From positions 167,984 through 231,983 of the forward strand of contig CAWHHW010000005.1 in the NCBI GenBank assembly GCA_963829285.1: a stretch of DNA of 64,000 nt, written 5' to 3'. This DNA comes from an uncultured Thermoleophilia bacterium (GTDB taxonomy: Bacteria > Actinomycetota > Thermoleophilia > Gaiellales > Gaiellaceae). This document shows positions 26,221 through 35,867 of this stretch, in pieces. Position 1 is the stretch's first letter; every line of letters starts with the position of its first letter. The notes below the pieces were generated by a model that saw only the letters and a list, made by a program, of their open reading frames with translations, had not been told where the DNA came from and did not search any database. The position numbers were made by a program, and so were the translations under genes.

Positions 26221-27171
26221 GTGACTCCGCAGGAGCAGACCTACGCGGCGGCGGGGGTATCGCTCGCCACCGCCGACGCGATCGTCGATCGGCTCCGCGC
26301 TGCCGTCGCCTCGACTTCGACGCCCGCTGTGGCGGGAGTGTTCGGCGCCTTCGCCGGCCTGTTTGCGATCGACGAGAGCCGCCTCCTCGCCGCCTCGACA
26401 GACTCGGTCGGATCGAAGCTCGTGCTCGGCCGCCGTGGCGACCGTCTGCGCTGGTGCGGCGCCGATCTTGCCGCCCACTGCATCAACGACGTGCTCACGA
26501 CCGGCGCCGAGCCGTTGTTCTTCCTCGACTACGTCGCCGCCAACACGATCGACGTGGAGCAGGTCGCGGATCTGATCGAAGGTGCGGCCGAGGTGTGCCG
26601 TGCCGCCGGCTGCGCGATTCTCGGCGGCGAGACTGCCGAGCTGCCCGGGATCTACCGCGAGGGCGAGATCGATTTCTGCGGCACGGCGGTGGGTGTCGTC
26701 GACCGCGACCGGGTGATTGACGGCTCGCGCGTGGAGGAAGGCGATGCGGTGGTGGGATTCGCCTCGGCGGGGATTCACGCGAACGGCTTCTCGCTCGTAC
26801 GGCGGATCGTCGGCGAGGGTCCGTTCGACGCCGATCTGTTGCTGCCGCCGACGCGTCTCTACCTCGACGACGTGCGTGACCTCCGCGTGCGCGCCGACAT
26901 CCGTGCACTCGCACACGTCACGGGCGGCGGCATCGCAGGCAACCTCGCACGCGTGCTCCCTGACGGCCTCGGAGCCGTCGTCGATCCCGGCGCCTGGGAG
27001 CGGCCTGCGGTCTTCGGCTGGCTCGCCGACAACGGCGTCGCCGAGGACGAACTGCGCCATGTCTTCAACATCGGGATTGGCTACTGCGCCGTGATTCCGG
27101 CTGCCGAGGTCCGGGACGAAGACCTGGTGATCGGACGTATCGTGTCCGGCGTGGGAGTGAGCTGGGCGTGA
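26221..27171 (+). CDS. purM: AIR synthase
   Basis: YAAAGV, EPLFFLDY, GGETAELPG, HVTGGG. Confidence 0.97.
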   Translation: MTPQEQTYAAAGVSLATADAIVDRLRAAVASTSTPAVAGVFGAFAGLFAIDESRLLAASTDSVGSKLVLGRRGDRLRWCGADLAAHCINDVLTTGAEPLFFLDYVAANTIDVEQVADLIEGAAEVCRAAGCAILGGETAELPGIYREGEIDFCGTAVGVVDRDRVIDGSRVEEGDAVVGFASAGIHANGFSLVRRIVGEGPFDADLLLPPTRLYLDDVRDLRVRADIRALAHVTGGGIAGNLARVLPDGLGAVVDPGAWERPAVFGWLADNGVAEDELRHVFNIGIGYCAVIPAAEVRDEDLVIGRIVSGVGVSWA

Positions 27172-27725
27172 CTCGGGCGATCGGAGTCGGCGTGCTCGTG
27201 AGTGGGAGCGGGACGAATCTCCAGGCGCTGATCGACGCTGGCATCCCGATCGCGGCGGTCGCCGCGAACGTCCCAGACGCCCCCGCGCTCACGCGAGCGG
27301 CGCGTATCGAAGTACCGACAGCGGTGTTCCCGCTCGGCGACTACGGCGACCGCGATGCGCGCGACGAATCGATGGCCGACTGGCTCGCCTCGCGCGGAGT
27401 CGGGCTCGTGGTGTGTGCGGGGTACATGCACCTCCTACGACCGGTCTTCCTCGCCCGGTTCCGCGATAGGGTCGTAAACGTGCACCCTGCGCTGCTCCCC
27501 GCCTTCCCTGGATCTCACGCGGTCGAGGAGACGCTCGCAGCCGGGGTTACCGAGACCGGCGCGACCGTGCACCTGGTGGACGAAGGCGTCGACACAGGTG
27601 CCGTGCTCCGGCAGGAGGCGGTGCCCGTCCTCCCGGGAGACACACCCGAGACGTTGCACGCAAGAATCAGGGTCGTCGAGCACCGGCTGCTGCCCGAGGT
27701 CGTCCGGGAGTTGATCGCGGCATGA
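27168..27725 (+). CDS. purN: GAR transformylase
   Basis: VSGSGTNLQA, NVHPALLPAFPG, HLVDEGVDTG. Confidence 0.97.
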   Translation: MTRAIGVGVLVSGSGTNLQALIDAGIPIAAVAANVPDAPALTRAARIEVPTAVFPLGDYGDRDARDESMADWLASRGVGLVVCAGYMHLLRPVFLARFRDRVVNVHPALLPAFPGSHAVEETLAAGVTETGATVHLVDEGVDTGAVLRQEAVPVLPGDTPETLHARIRVVEHRLLPEVVRELIAA

Positions 27726-29254
27726 GGCGCGCCCTCCTCTCCGTGTTCGACAAGACGGGTGTGGCAGCACTTGCGGAGGGGCTCCGCGGCCTGGGCTTCG
27801 AGTTGCTCGCGAGTGGCGGCACGGCGAAGTTGCTCGCCGACGAGGGGATCCCGGTGATCCCGCTCGAGGAACTGACGGGTTTCGCCGAGATGCTCGGCCA
27901 TCGTGTGGTCACGCTGCATCCGGCGGTGCACGGCGGCATCCTCGCCCGCCGCGACGTGCCAGAGGACGTCGCCGACCTCGCCACCCACGGGATCGAGCCG
28001 ATCGACCTCGTCTGCGTCAACCTCTACCCGTTCGAGCAGACCGTCGCTCGGCTCGACGTCAGCTGGGACGACGCGATCGAGAAGATCGACGTCGGCGGCC
28101 CTGCGATGCTGCGCGCGGCGGCCAAGAACCACGCCGACGTGATCCCTCTCTGCCGGCCGGCCGACTACGCGCTGGTGCTGGACGAGCTCCGCGACGGCGA
28201 CGTCTCGGTAGCGACGCGGCGCGAGCTTGCTGCGCGCGCGTTTGCGACGACGGCCGCCTACGACAGCGCGGTGACGCGCTGGCTCTCGGGCGGCGGGGAG
28301 CTGCCGGACACGCTGCTCCCGGTCTTCGATCACGCGGTCGACCTTTCGTACGGCGAGAACCCGCACCAGCGGGCCGCCTACTACACCGAGCGCGGGGCGA
28401 GAACCCATCTCCTCGCACGCGTCGATCAGCTCCACGGCAAGCCGCTCTCGTTCAACAACCTCAACGATCTCTCGGCTGCGCGACTGCTCGCGATCGAGCT
28501 CGAAGGCCCGGCGTGCGTGATCGTCAAGCACGCGAATCCGTGTGGGGTGGGGGTGGCGGAGACGATCGAGGAGGCGTACGGCAGAGCGCTCGCCGCCGAT
28601 CCCGTCTCGGCGTTCGGCGGTGTCGTCGTGCTCAATCAGCCGGTGAGCGCGGCACTCGGTGAGCAGCTGACGGGGCAGTTCGTCGAGGTGCTGTTCGCGC
28701 CCGGGTACGACCCGGCTGCCGTCGAGGCACTGGCCCAGAAGCCTGGCGTGAGGATCCTCGACGATCGCGAGCGGCGCGGGTTCGACGGCTCCGAATGGGA
28801 CGTCAAGCGCGTTCTCGGCGGTGTGCTCGTGCAGGATCGCGACGGCGAGCCCGATCCACCCGACGCGATGGAGATCGTCTGCGGCGACGTGACTCCCGAG
28901 TTGTGGGACGATCTGCTGTTCGCCCGGACCGTCGTCAAGCATGTGTTGTCGAACGCGATCGTGATCGCACGCGGCGGCCAGACGCTCGGGATCGGAGCGG
29001 GGCAGATGAGCCGGGTCGACGCGGTGCGGATCGCGGTCGAGAAGGCGCGCGAGCACGGCCACTCACTCGAGGGCGCCGTGCTCGCCTCCGATGCGTTCTT
29101 CCCCTTCGCCGACGGCCCGGCGCTCGCCCTCGAGGCCGGGATCAGTGCGATCATCCAGCCCGGCGGCTCCAAGCGCGACGACGAGGTCGTTGCGGCTGTG
29201 ACTGAGGCCGGCGCTGCAATGGTCTTCACCGGCCGCCGCCACTTCCGGCACTGA
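27722..29254 (+). CDS. purH: Bifunctional AICAR transformylase/IMP cyclohydrolase
   Basis: RALLSVFDKTG, YGENPHQ, KHANPCG, ASDAFFPF, RHFRH. Confidence 0.98.
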   Translation: MRRALLSVFDKTGVAALAEGLRGLGFELLASGGTAKLLADEGIPVIPLEELTGFAEMLGHRVVTLHPAVHGGILARRDVPEDVADLATHGIEPIDLVCVNLYPFEQTVARLDVSWDDAIEKIDVGGPAMLRAAAKNHADVIPLCRPADYALVLDELRDGDVSVATRRELAARAFATTAAYDSAVTRWLSGGGELPDTLLPVFDHAVDLSYGENPHQRAAYYTERGARTHLLARVDQLHGKPLSFNNLNDLSAARLLAIELEGPACVIVKHANPCGVGVAETIEEAYGRALAADPVSAFGGVVVLNQPVSAALGEQLTGQFVEVLFAPGYDPAAVEALAQKPGVRILDDRERRGFDGSEWDVKRVLGGVLVQDRDGEPDPPDAMEIVCGDVTPELWDDLLFARTVVKHVLSNAIVIARGGQTLGIGAGQMSRVDAVRIAVEKAREHGHSLEGAVLASDAFFPFADGPALALEAGISAIIQPGGSKRDDEVVAAVTEAGAAMVFTGRRHFRH

Positions 29255-29265
29255 GCCGGCGCCGG

Positions 29266-29625
29266 CTAGACGCGCTGGAGGTGCGTATCCTTGAATCCGC
29301 TCTGGTACTTCAGGCCATACCCGAGCGCGCGATCGACTCCGATGTGGGCCATCCAGATCAGGCTGATCTGGACGGCTGTCTCGGCGTCGGCGATCACGCC
29401 GATCGCGCCGAGAACGATGGGAAGCGAGTACGTGTGAGCAACGTCGTACGCGGCCGCTCCGACTCTCGGCCCCGCTGCGTAGCCAGCCATCGACAGGTCG
29501 GGAGCCAACACGAGCACAAGAAATAGCCACCAGGGGTAGTCGGCATTGAAGTAGAGGGCGATCGAAGCGAAGGCGACGGCGACTCCCTCGAGACGGAGCA
29601 GCCTGCGCGGAAGGCGATCGACCAT
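29266..29625 (-). CDS. DUF4260 family membrane protein
   Basis: LLRLEG, PDLSMAGY, HIGVDRALGYGLKY..FKDTHL. Confidence 0.92.
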   Translation of the reverse strand: MVDRLPRRLLRLEGVAVAFASIALYFNADYPWWLFLVLVLAPDLSMAGYAAGPRVGAAAYDVAHTYSLPIVLGAIGVIADAETAVQISLIWMAHIGVDRALGYGLKYQSGFKDTHLQRV

Positions 29626-29803
29626 CAGCCAGAGACTAGTGATCGGCCCGGTGTGCCAGACGTCGAAGCGTCACGAACGGAACGACAGGTCCGGGCGAGG
29701 CGACTCGTCGAGCCGTAGAGACTTCACTCGACTCAGGGCTGGGCGGCGCGGCGGCACGAGACGATGACTACAGATCCGATCCCGTCACCGAGAGGATGTT
29801 CTT

Positions 29804-30079
29804 GTGAAACGCACTACACGTGCTTCGCTCATCGCCGCAACTGCTTTCGGAGCCCTCGTCGCGGCAGCCGCCGGGCAGGCAGGAACTGCAGCCAACACCG
29901 TGCTCATCTGCCACGGCACGGCCGCCACCGACAACCCGTACTCGCTGATCAGCGTCGACGTCAACGCGTTGAACGGTCATATCGATGCGGGACACGGCTG
30001 GCGGAACGCTCCCGACTTCCTGCTCCCGGACGGCTATGCCACGTGCGCGGATGCGCTTGCAGGCGGCGGCCAGCAGTAG
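29804..30079 (+). CDS. Small secreted protein
   Basis: Signal peptide; ICHGT..NPY..ISV..GH motif; AGAGGA upstream. Confidence 0.65.
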   Translation: MKRTTRASLIAATAFGALVAAAAGQAGTAANTVLICHGTAATDNPYSLISVDVNALNGHIDAGHGWRNAPDFLLPDGYATCADALAGGGQQ

Positions 30080-30169
30080 CGACCTTCCTCGCGTCCGCGG
30101 TGGATATCACTGCGGACGCTAGCGGCTGCAGACGACCAGGAAGTGCACTCGCTCAGGACGTGCAGTACC

Positions 30170-30514
30170 TCAGGCACCGAGCCAGAGGATGCTCCTCGCT
30201 GCTCCCGCCGTCGAGCAGCTGCCGCCCGGCTTGCCGCGACTTGCGATCAAGCAGGTGAACCCTGCGAGCGGACTGTGAACTACGCGCGACTGTCCGGCAT
30301 GGAGCGCGGCCGTGCGCGCTGCGAGCGCGCGGACGGCGCTCTTGGCCGACGTGCATGGAACCCCCTTGGAGACGACGATCCAGGCGTGACCGGCGGCGGC
30401 GACGATCCCGCAACTCGTCGATGTCGGCGCAGCGGTCGCGCCGCCCGTCATCGCGGCCAGCGCCAGGAGAGCGCCCGTCGCGAGTGTGGCCAGGAACCTT
30501 GTCGATCCGGTCAT
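30170..30514 (-). CDS. Small secreted Cys-containing protein
   Basis: RBS AAAGGAGG, signal peptide, 4 Cys. Confidence 0.65.
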   Translation of the reverse strand: MTGSTRFLATLATGALLALAAMTGGATAAPTSTSCGIVAAAGHAWIVVSKGVPCTSAKSAVRALAARTAALHAGQSRVVHSPLAGFTCLIASRGKPGGSCSTAGAARSILWLGA

Positions 30515-30771
30515 TCCGGGAGCCTCCTTTGGCGGGTTCGTACCCATCGGTGTCTATCAGCCAGGATCGCCGTTCGCCGCCCGCGATGCAAGTCCTCGAC
30601 CGGGTACTCATCCGTCACGGCTGGTTCGCCCTGCCCCCCGGAAGGGGCACGAACACGCTGTAAGGAACGTGTTGGGAGTCGAGTCGCCGCTTCGGGACGC
30701 TGCTACGGTGCCCGTCCTACCGCGATGCGACGGGCTCCCTTTTCGGGCCCGACCCGCGCCCGGTCTCTCTC

Positions 30772-31293
30772 ATGGCCTTCCTCCTCCGCATCTGCCTGCT
30801 CGCGTTGTGTTTCGGGCTCGTCCCTGCGGCCGCTGCGGTCGCCGTCAACCCCGCGATGCCGGGCACCGTTGCGAACCCGGCGCGCATTACCGGCTCGATC
30901 CCACTCTCGGTGACCGGCAAGCCGAAGCAGTCGAAGGTGCCATCTCTCGGTCAGCGAGCTGTTCGGCTCGCAGCAACGGAGATCGGGGTTCGGTATCGCT
31001 ACGGAGGCATCTCGCCGAGCGGCTTCGACTGCTCGGGGCTCGTCGCGTACGTCTTCGGCAAGCTGGGGATCAGGCTCCCGCACAATGCTGCCGCGCAGTA
31101 CTCCTACGGCCGGGCCGTCGACCGTAGCCATCTCAGGCCCGGGGACCTCGTCTTCTTCCACGGGCTCGGCCACGTCGGTCTCTACATCGGCCGCGGCCGC
31201 ATCATCCACGCGCCACAGACCGGCGAGCGCGTCGAGATCCAACGCCTCGCCTCGCGCGACATGGGCATCGAGGGCGCGCGCAGGATCCTCTAG
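30772..31293 (+). CDS. NlpC/P60 (C40) peptidoglycan endopeptidase
   Basis: YRYGGISPSGFDCSGLV, PGDLVFF, HVGLYIG. Confidence 0.96.
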   Translation: MAFLLRICLLALCFGLVPAAAAVAVNPAMPGTVANPARITGSIPLSVTGKPKQSKVPSLGQRAVRLAATEIGVRYRYGGISPSGFDCSGLVAYVFGKLGIRLPHNAAAQYSYGRAVDRSHLRPGDLVFFHGLGHVGLYIGRGRIIHAPQTGERVEIQRLASRDMGIEGARRIL

Positions 31294-31299
31294 ACCTCG

Positions 31300-31569
31300 C
31301 TAGATCCCGTCCTCCTGGTTGAGGATGTGGGCGAGGAACGACCGGGCCTGCTCCAGCTCGACGGTGTGACCCGCTTCGAGCTCTCTGCGCAGGTCGAGCA
31401 GGAGGCGCGCCATCTCGGGCCTCGTGTCCAGGTTGGCTTCGATCCGTGTCAGGGCACAGCCGCGCTCCCAGAACGCGCATCTCTCGCCCGGGCAGCGCGC
31501 CGCATGCCCCGTCGCGATCAACTCGATCGTGCAGAGGGGACGGTGCTCGGTCGCACTCTCGATGTGCAT
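31300..31569 (-). CDS. Small Cys-rich hypothetical protein
   Basis: C-x12-C-x4-CAFW-x3-C, fills gap between NlpC/P60 and CBS genes. Confidence 0.6.
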   Translation of the reverse strand: MHIESATEHRPLCTIELIATGHAARCPGERCAFWERGCALTRIEANLDTRPEMARLLLDLRRELEAGHTVELEQARSFLAHILNQEDGI

Positions 31570-31668
31570 GCACGGATCGTGCCGACGAGGAGAGCCGGCT
31601 CCATCGGACGTGACTCGGATTTCCGTGCGGCAAGCTACGGACTCGCCCGGCCGCGTAGTCTTGGAGAA

Positions 31669-33084
31669 ATGGAGCGCACCTACCCGACGCTGCTCGACCT
31701 CGTGGGCTCGACGCCGATCGTCCGGCTCGATCGTTTCGGCGCCGACACGGCGGCGACGCTGCTCGCAAAGCTCGAGTTCCTCAACCCGGGGGGCTCCAAC
31801 AAGGACCGGATCGGTCTCGCGATGATCGAGGCTGCCGAGCGCGACGGCAAGCTCCGCCCCGGCGGCACGATCGTGGAACCGACCTCCGGCAATACCGGGG
31901 TCGGGCTTGCAATTGCGGCGGCGCAGAGGGGCTACCGCTGCATTTTCGTGATGCCCGACAAGATGAGCCAGGAGAAGATCTCCACCCTGCGTGCGTACGG
32001 CGCCGAGGTCGTGATCACGCCCACGGCGGTCGACCACGACTCGCCCGAGTCCTACTACTCGGTTTCGGACCGGCTGGCGGAGGAGATTCCCGGCGGCTTC
32101 AAGCCCGACCAGTACTCGAACATGTCGAACCCCGAGGCGCACTACCTGACGACCGGGCCGGAGATCTGGGAGCAGACCGACGGCGGAGAGATCGATGCGA
32201 TCGTCGTCTCGGTCGGCACCGGCGGCACGATCTCCGGGATCGGGCGCTACTTCAAGGAGCATCGCCCCGAGGTCAAGATCATCGGCGCCGATCCCGAGGG
32301 CTCGGTGTACACCGAAGACGCCGACCATCCGCTCGGCCCCTATCTCGTCGAGGGCATCGGCAAGGACACGTGGCCGAAGACGATGAGCCCCGATGTCGTC
32401 GACGAGTGGGTTCGCGTCTCCGACCGTGACTCGTTCCTGACGGCCCGACGACTGACGCGCGAGGAGGGATTGCTCGTCGGCGGCTCGAGTGGCTCGACCG
32501 CATGGGCGGCACTTCAGGTCGCAGCCGAGCTGGGGCCCGGGGCGCGCGTGCTGATGGTGTTGCCGGACGGCGGCCGGTCGTACCTGTCGAAGTTCTACGA
32601 CGACAACTGGATGATCCAGTACGGCTTCATGGAGCGATCGTCGCCGACGCCGGCACTCGACGAGGTGCTTCGCCTCAAGCACGGCGGGGCGACGGATTTG
32701 CCCGCACTCGTCACGATCGAATCGACGAAGAAGGTCGGCGCCGCGATCGAGTTGATGCAGCGCTACGGCATCTCGCAGCTACCGGTCGTGCGGCACGGCA
32801 CGGCGGAGGCGCTCACCGACATCGTCGGCTCGATTCAGGAGCGCAGCCTGCTCGACCGCGTGTTCAAGAACCCTGATGCGTTGAACGAGGATATCGCCGT
32901 CGCGATGCAGCCTCCGCTCGCGGCGGTCGACGTGAGGGCGTCGCTCGACGACGTGTTCGAGGATCTCTCGGGACCGAGCGCGGCCGTCGTCGTCGGGATC
33001 GCGGGCAAGCCGGCTGCGATCCTCACGCGCTCCGACCTGCTCGAGTTCCTCGCGCACCGCCGCACGCACATCGACGTGGGCTAG
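31669..33084 (+). CDS. cbs: Cystathionine beta-synthase
   Basis: KLEFLNPGGSNKDRI, EPTSGNTG, GTGGT, C-terminal CBS domains. Confidence 0.95.
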   Translation: MERTYPTLLDLVGSTPIVRLDRFGADTAATLLAKLEFLNPGGSNKDRIGLAMIEAAERDGKLRPGGTIVEPTSGNTGVGLAIAAAQRGYRCIFVMPDKMSQEKISTLRAYGAEVVITPTAVDHDSPESYYSVSDRLAEEIPGGFKPDQYSNMSNPEAHYLTTGPEIWEQTDGGEIDAIVVSVGTGGTISGIGRYFKEHRPEVKIIGADPEGSVYTEDADHPLGPYLVEGIGKDTWPKTMSPDVVDEWVRVSDRDSFLTARRLTREEGLLVGGSSGSTAWAALQVAAELGPGARVLMVLPDGGRSYLSKFYDDNWMIQYGFMERSSPTPALDEVLRLKHGGATDLPALVTIESTKKVGAAIELMQRYGISQLPVVRHGTAEALTDIVGSIQERSLLDRVFKNPDALNEDIAVAMQPPLAAVDVRASLDDVFEDLSGPSAAVVVGIAGKPAAILTRSDLLEFLAHRRTHIDVG

Positions 33085-33707
33085 ACAGCCGCGCCGACGA
33101 ACGCCTGCAACTCGGGCAACAGACGTGGGTCGATGGTGTGTGGCACGGGGGTTTCGCGCCACAGCAGATTGGCGCCGGCGGCTCCGACGAGCTCGGCTGC
33201 GACACGCCCGAACTCGACCGGAATGATCGGGTCGAGCGAACCGTGCGCGACCGCGATCGGATACCCGTCGAGGTCGGCAAGGTCGAGCTCGAACCCCTCC
33301 ACCTCGGGCATGAACCCGGAGAGCGCCATGATCGCGGCGGGACGCGGCCGGCCGGAGCCGAGGCCGAGCGCCCAGCTCATCACGGCGCCCTGCGAGAAGC
33401 CGCCGAGCACGACGCGGTCGATCGGCACCGGCAGGCTGTCGAGAAACACCGCCGCCGCCTCGAGCGACGCAAAGAACGACTCCGGATCGGGAGTGGGGAT
33501 GCCGCCGAGCCGGTACCAGTGCGCGCCGCCCGGGGGCAGCGCGAGCGGGGCGCGAGGCGTGATCCCGAGCAGCCGCCGCTCCGGGTCGAACGCGTCGAGC
33601 AGCGGGAAGAGATCGTGCTCGCTGGCACCGCGGCCGTGGATGAGCACGAGCGCTCCGGCCGGCGGCCCGTCGGCGGGGCGCTCCAGATAGCCGAGCGGCG
33701 CGGTCAT
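33081..33707 (-). CDS. Phospholipase/carboxylesterase
   Basis: HGRGASE, GGFSQGA, HGSLDPII. Confidence 0.92.
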   Translation of the reverse strand: MTAPLGYLERPADGPPAGALVLIHGRGASEHDLFPLLDAFDPERRLLGITPRAPLALPPGGAHWYRLGGIPTPDPESFFASLEAAAVFLDSLPVPIDRVVLGGFSQGAVMSWALGLGSGRPRPAAIMALSGFMPEVEGFELDLADLDGYPIAVAHGSLDPIIPVEFGRVAAELVGAAGANLLWRETPVPHTIDPRLLPELQAFVGAAV

Positions 33708-34633
33708 GAGCTCGTCCAGGCTGCGCGCGGATCCGGAATCGGGGTCAACACCGGCTCGATCCGTTCCCGTAGGTGCTCGAACGCGGGCGGCAGGATGAGT
33801 TTCTCGCCGAGGTGATCGAGCTCCTCGTCGATCCCGAAGCCAGGGCCCAGCGTCGCGATCTCGAACAGCACGCCGCTTGGCTCGCGGAAGTAGATCGAGC
33901 GGAACCAGAACCGGTCGATGATGCCGCTCGGGTGGAGCCCGGCGCCGCGAACCGCAGCGAGCCAGGCCTCCTGCTCGTCCATGTTCGAGGCCCACGCGAC
34001 GTGGTGCACGGTGCCTGCCCCGGGGATGCCGTTACCGGAGGCCGGCGGCGGGTCGAACGCATAGGCACCCCCGCGGACGGTGCCCCGCGCCTCCCATGAG
34101 CTCGCCCCTGTGGCGACGAAGCCAAGCGCCCCTTCGAGGATCCCGCGGCTCGCCTCGGGATCCGCGGCGAAGGCGCGCACGCTGTCGAACCCCTGCAGCG
34201 CGTGCTCGGCCGGGATCTCCGGGTGATCGGCCACGAGGGGAGCATCGGCGGTTGCGGTGACGGCCAGCTCGAGCCCGAGCCCTTCGGGATCGTCGAAGCC
34301 GAGTCGCCCCGTGCTACGCCGCGTCGAGATCCCGTCGGCTCCAAGCCGTGCTTCCCAGAAGTCGAGTGCTGCCTCGGACGCGACGCGGAACGAGACCGTG
34401 TGCACCATTCCCGTTCCGGCGCGGCCGCGGCGGGCACCCGGGTACTCGAAGAAGGTGATGTCGGCCCCCGCGCTCCCGAGCTCGTCGGCGTAGAAGAGGT
34501 GGTACACGGTCGGGTCGTCCTGGTTGACCGTCTTCTTGACCATGCGGAGCCCGAGCACGCGCGTGTAGAAGTCGACGTTGCCGGGCGCGTCGCCTGTGAT
34601 GCAGGTCACATGATGGATGCCCTCGAAGCGCAT
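33704..34633 (-). CDS. Ring-cleaving dioxygenase/glyoxalase (MhqO-like)
   Basis: GIHHVT, KKTVNQDDP..YHLFY, SIYFREPSGVLFEIAT. Confidence 0.95.
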   Translation of the reverse strand: MRFEGIHHVTCITGDAPGNVDFYTRVLGLRMVKKTVNQDDPTVYHLFYADELGSAGADITFFEYPGARRGRAGTGMVHTVSFRVASEAALDFWEARLGADGISTRRSTGRLGFDDPEGLGLELAVTATADAPLVADHPEIPAEHALQGFDSVRAFAADPEASRGILEGALGFVATGASSWEARGTVRGGAYAFDPPPASGNGIPGAGTVHHVAWASNMDEQEAWLAAVRGAGLHPSGIIDRFWFRSIYFREPSGVLFEIATLGPGFGIDEELDHLGEKLILPPAFEHLRERIEPVLTPIPDPRAAWTSS

Positions 34634-34727
34634 GGCGCCGTCCTCCGTCTCTTCTCTTGTCTCCCCGAGACTAGCCGGACGACGCGGCGGGTTTCGCTCG
34701 TCGCCCCGGAGTGCGTAGTCTCCCCGC

Positions 34728-35867
34728 GTGAAGATCGGCGTCGTCGTTCCGTTCTCGTGGTCGTTCTGGGGTGCGGTCGTGGAGCATGCGGAGCTCCAGG
34801 CCGAGGCACTCGAGGCGCGTGGGCACGAGGTGCACCTGGTGATGGGAAACGACCCGCCCGGGCAGTTCACCCGCGCGTTGCACCCACGCGTCGGCCGCCA
34901 CGGCGAGCTTCCCGCCAACGTGATCCCGATCGGCCGCTCGGTGATCGTGCCTGCAAACGGGTCGCTGCCGAACGTCATCCTCAGCCCGCGGGCGATCTTC
35001 CGGATCAAGAGCGTGCTCGACCGCGAGCAGTTCGACGTGATCCACCTTCACGAGCCCATGACTCCCGTGACGTGCGTCGCGGTGCTGACGATGGCCACCT
35101 GCCCGATCGTCGCCACCCACCATGCCTCGGGTGACCTCGGGTGGATGAGACTCGGGCTGCCGGGGTGGGGCTTTCTGGCGAGGCGGATCGACGCGCGCAT
35201 CGCCGTCTCCGAGCGAGCCCGCGAATCGGCCGCGCGCTGGCTTCCCGGCGACTACGAGATCGTCCCGAACGGCGTGCTGCTCCCCGAGTCGGTCGATCCG
35301 GCGGGACGAGAGCACACGGTCACGTTCGCGGGCCGTCAGGAGACGAGGAAGGGGCTGCAGGTGCTCCTGCGTGCCTGGCCCGAGATCCGCCGTCGCACGG
35401 GCGCCCGGCTGCAGGTTTGCGGCGCGGATCCGCTCGCCGTACGGCTCCTTCTCACCCGTCTGCGGGTCCCCGATAGTGGCATCGACATCCTCGGCTTCCT
35501 CTCGCAGGCGGAGCTGACCGGCCTGCTCTCGCGCACGAAGGCGCTCGTGGCACCGTCGCTTGGTGGCGAGAGCTTCGGCATGGTGCTGACGCGCGCGTTC
35601 GGGTGCGCGACGCCTGTCGTTGCATCCGACATCCGCGGCTACAGCGAGGTGACGACTCCCGAGACGGCACTCACGGTCGTCCCGAACGACCCCGGTGCAC
35701 TCGCGGATGCGGTGTCCGCGCTGCTCGCCGACGAGCCGAGACGCATTGCGATGGGCTCGGCGGCTCGCGCCGTGGCTGTCGACAGGTACGCCTGGAGTGA
35801 CATTGCGCGGCGTCTGGAAGAGATCTACGAGCGGGTCACGGTGCGCGAGAGCGGTCGTGCGGCATGA
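34728..35867 (+). CDS. GT4 glycosyltransferase (PimA-like)
   Basis: HLHEP, RKGL, APSLGGESFGMVL. Confidence 0.92.
   Translation: MKIGVVVPFSWSFWGAVVEHAELQAEALEARGHEVHLVMGNDPPGQFTRALHPRVGRHGELPANVIPIGRSVIVPANGSLPNVILSPRAIFRIKSVLDREQFDVIHLHEPMTPVTCVAVLTMATCPIVATHHASGDLGWMRLGLPGWGFLARRIDARIAVSERARESAARWLPGDYEIVPNGVLLPESVDPAGREHTVTFAGRQETRKGLQVLLRAWPEIRRRTGARLQVCGADPLAVRLLLTRLRVPDSGIDILGFLSQAELTGLLSRTKALVAPSLGGESFGMVLTRAFGCATPVVASDIRGYSEVTTPETALTVVPNDPGALADAVSALLADEPRRIAMGSAARAVAVDRYAWSDIARRLEEIYERVTVRESGRAA

Noticed and set aside
30515-30771. c-di-AMP (ydaO) riboswitch before NlpC/P60
   Set aside because: Plausible context, but the conserved ydaO motifs were not found.
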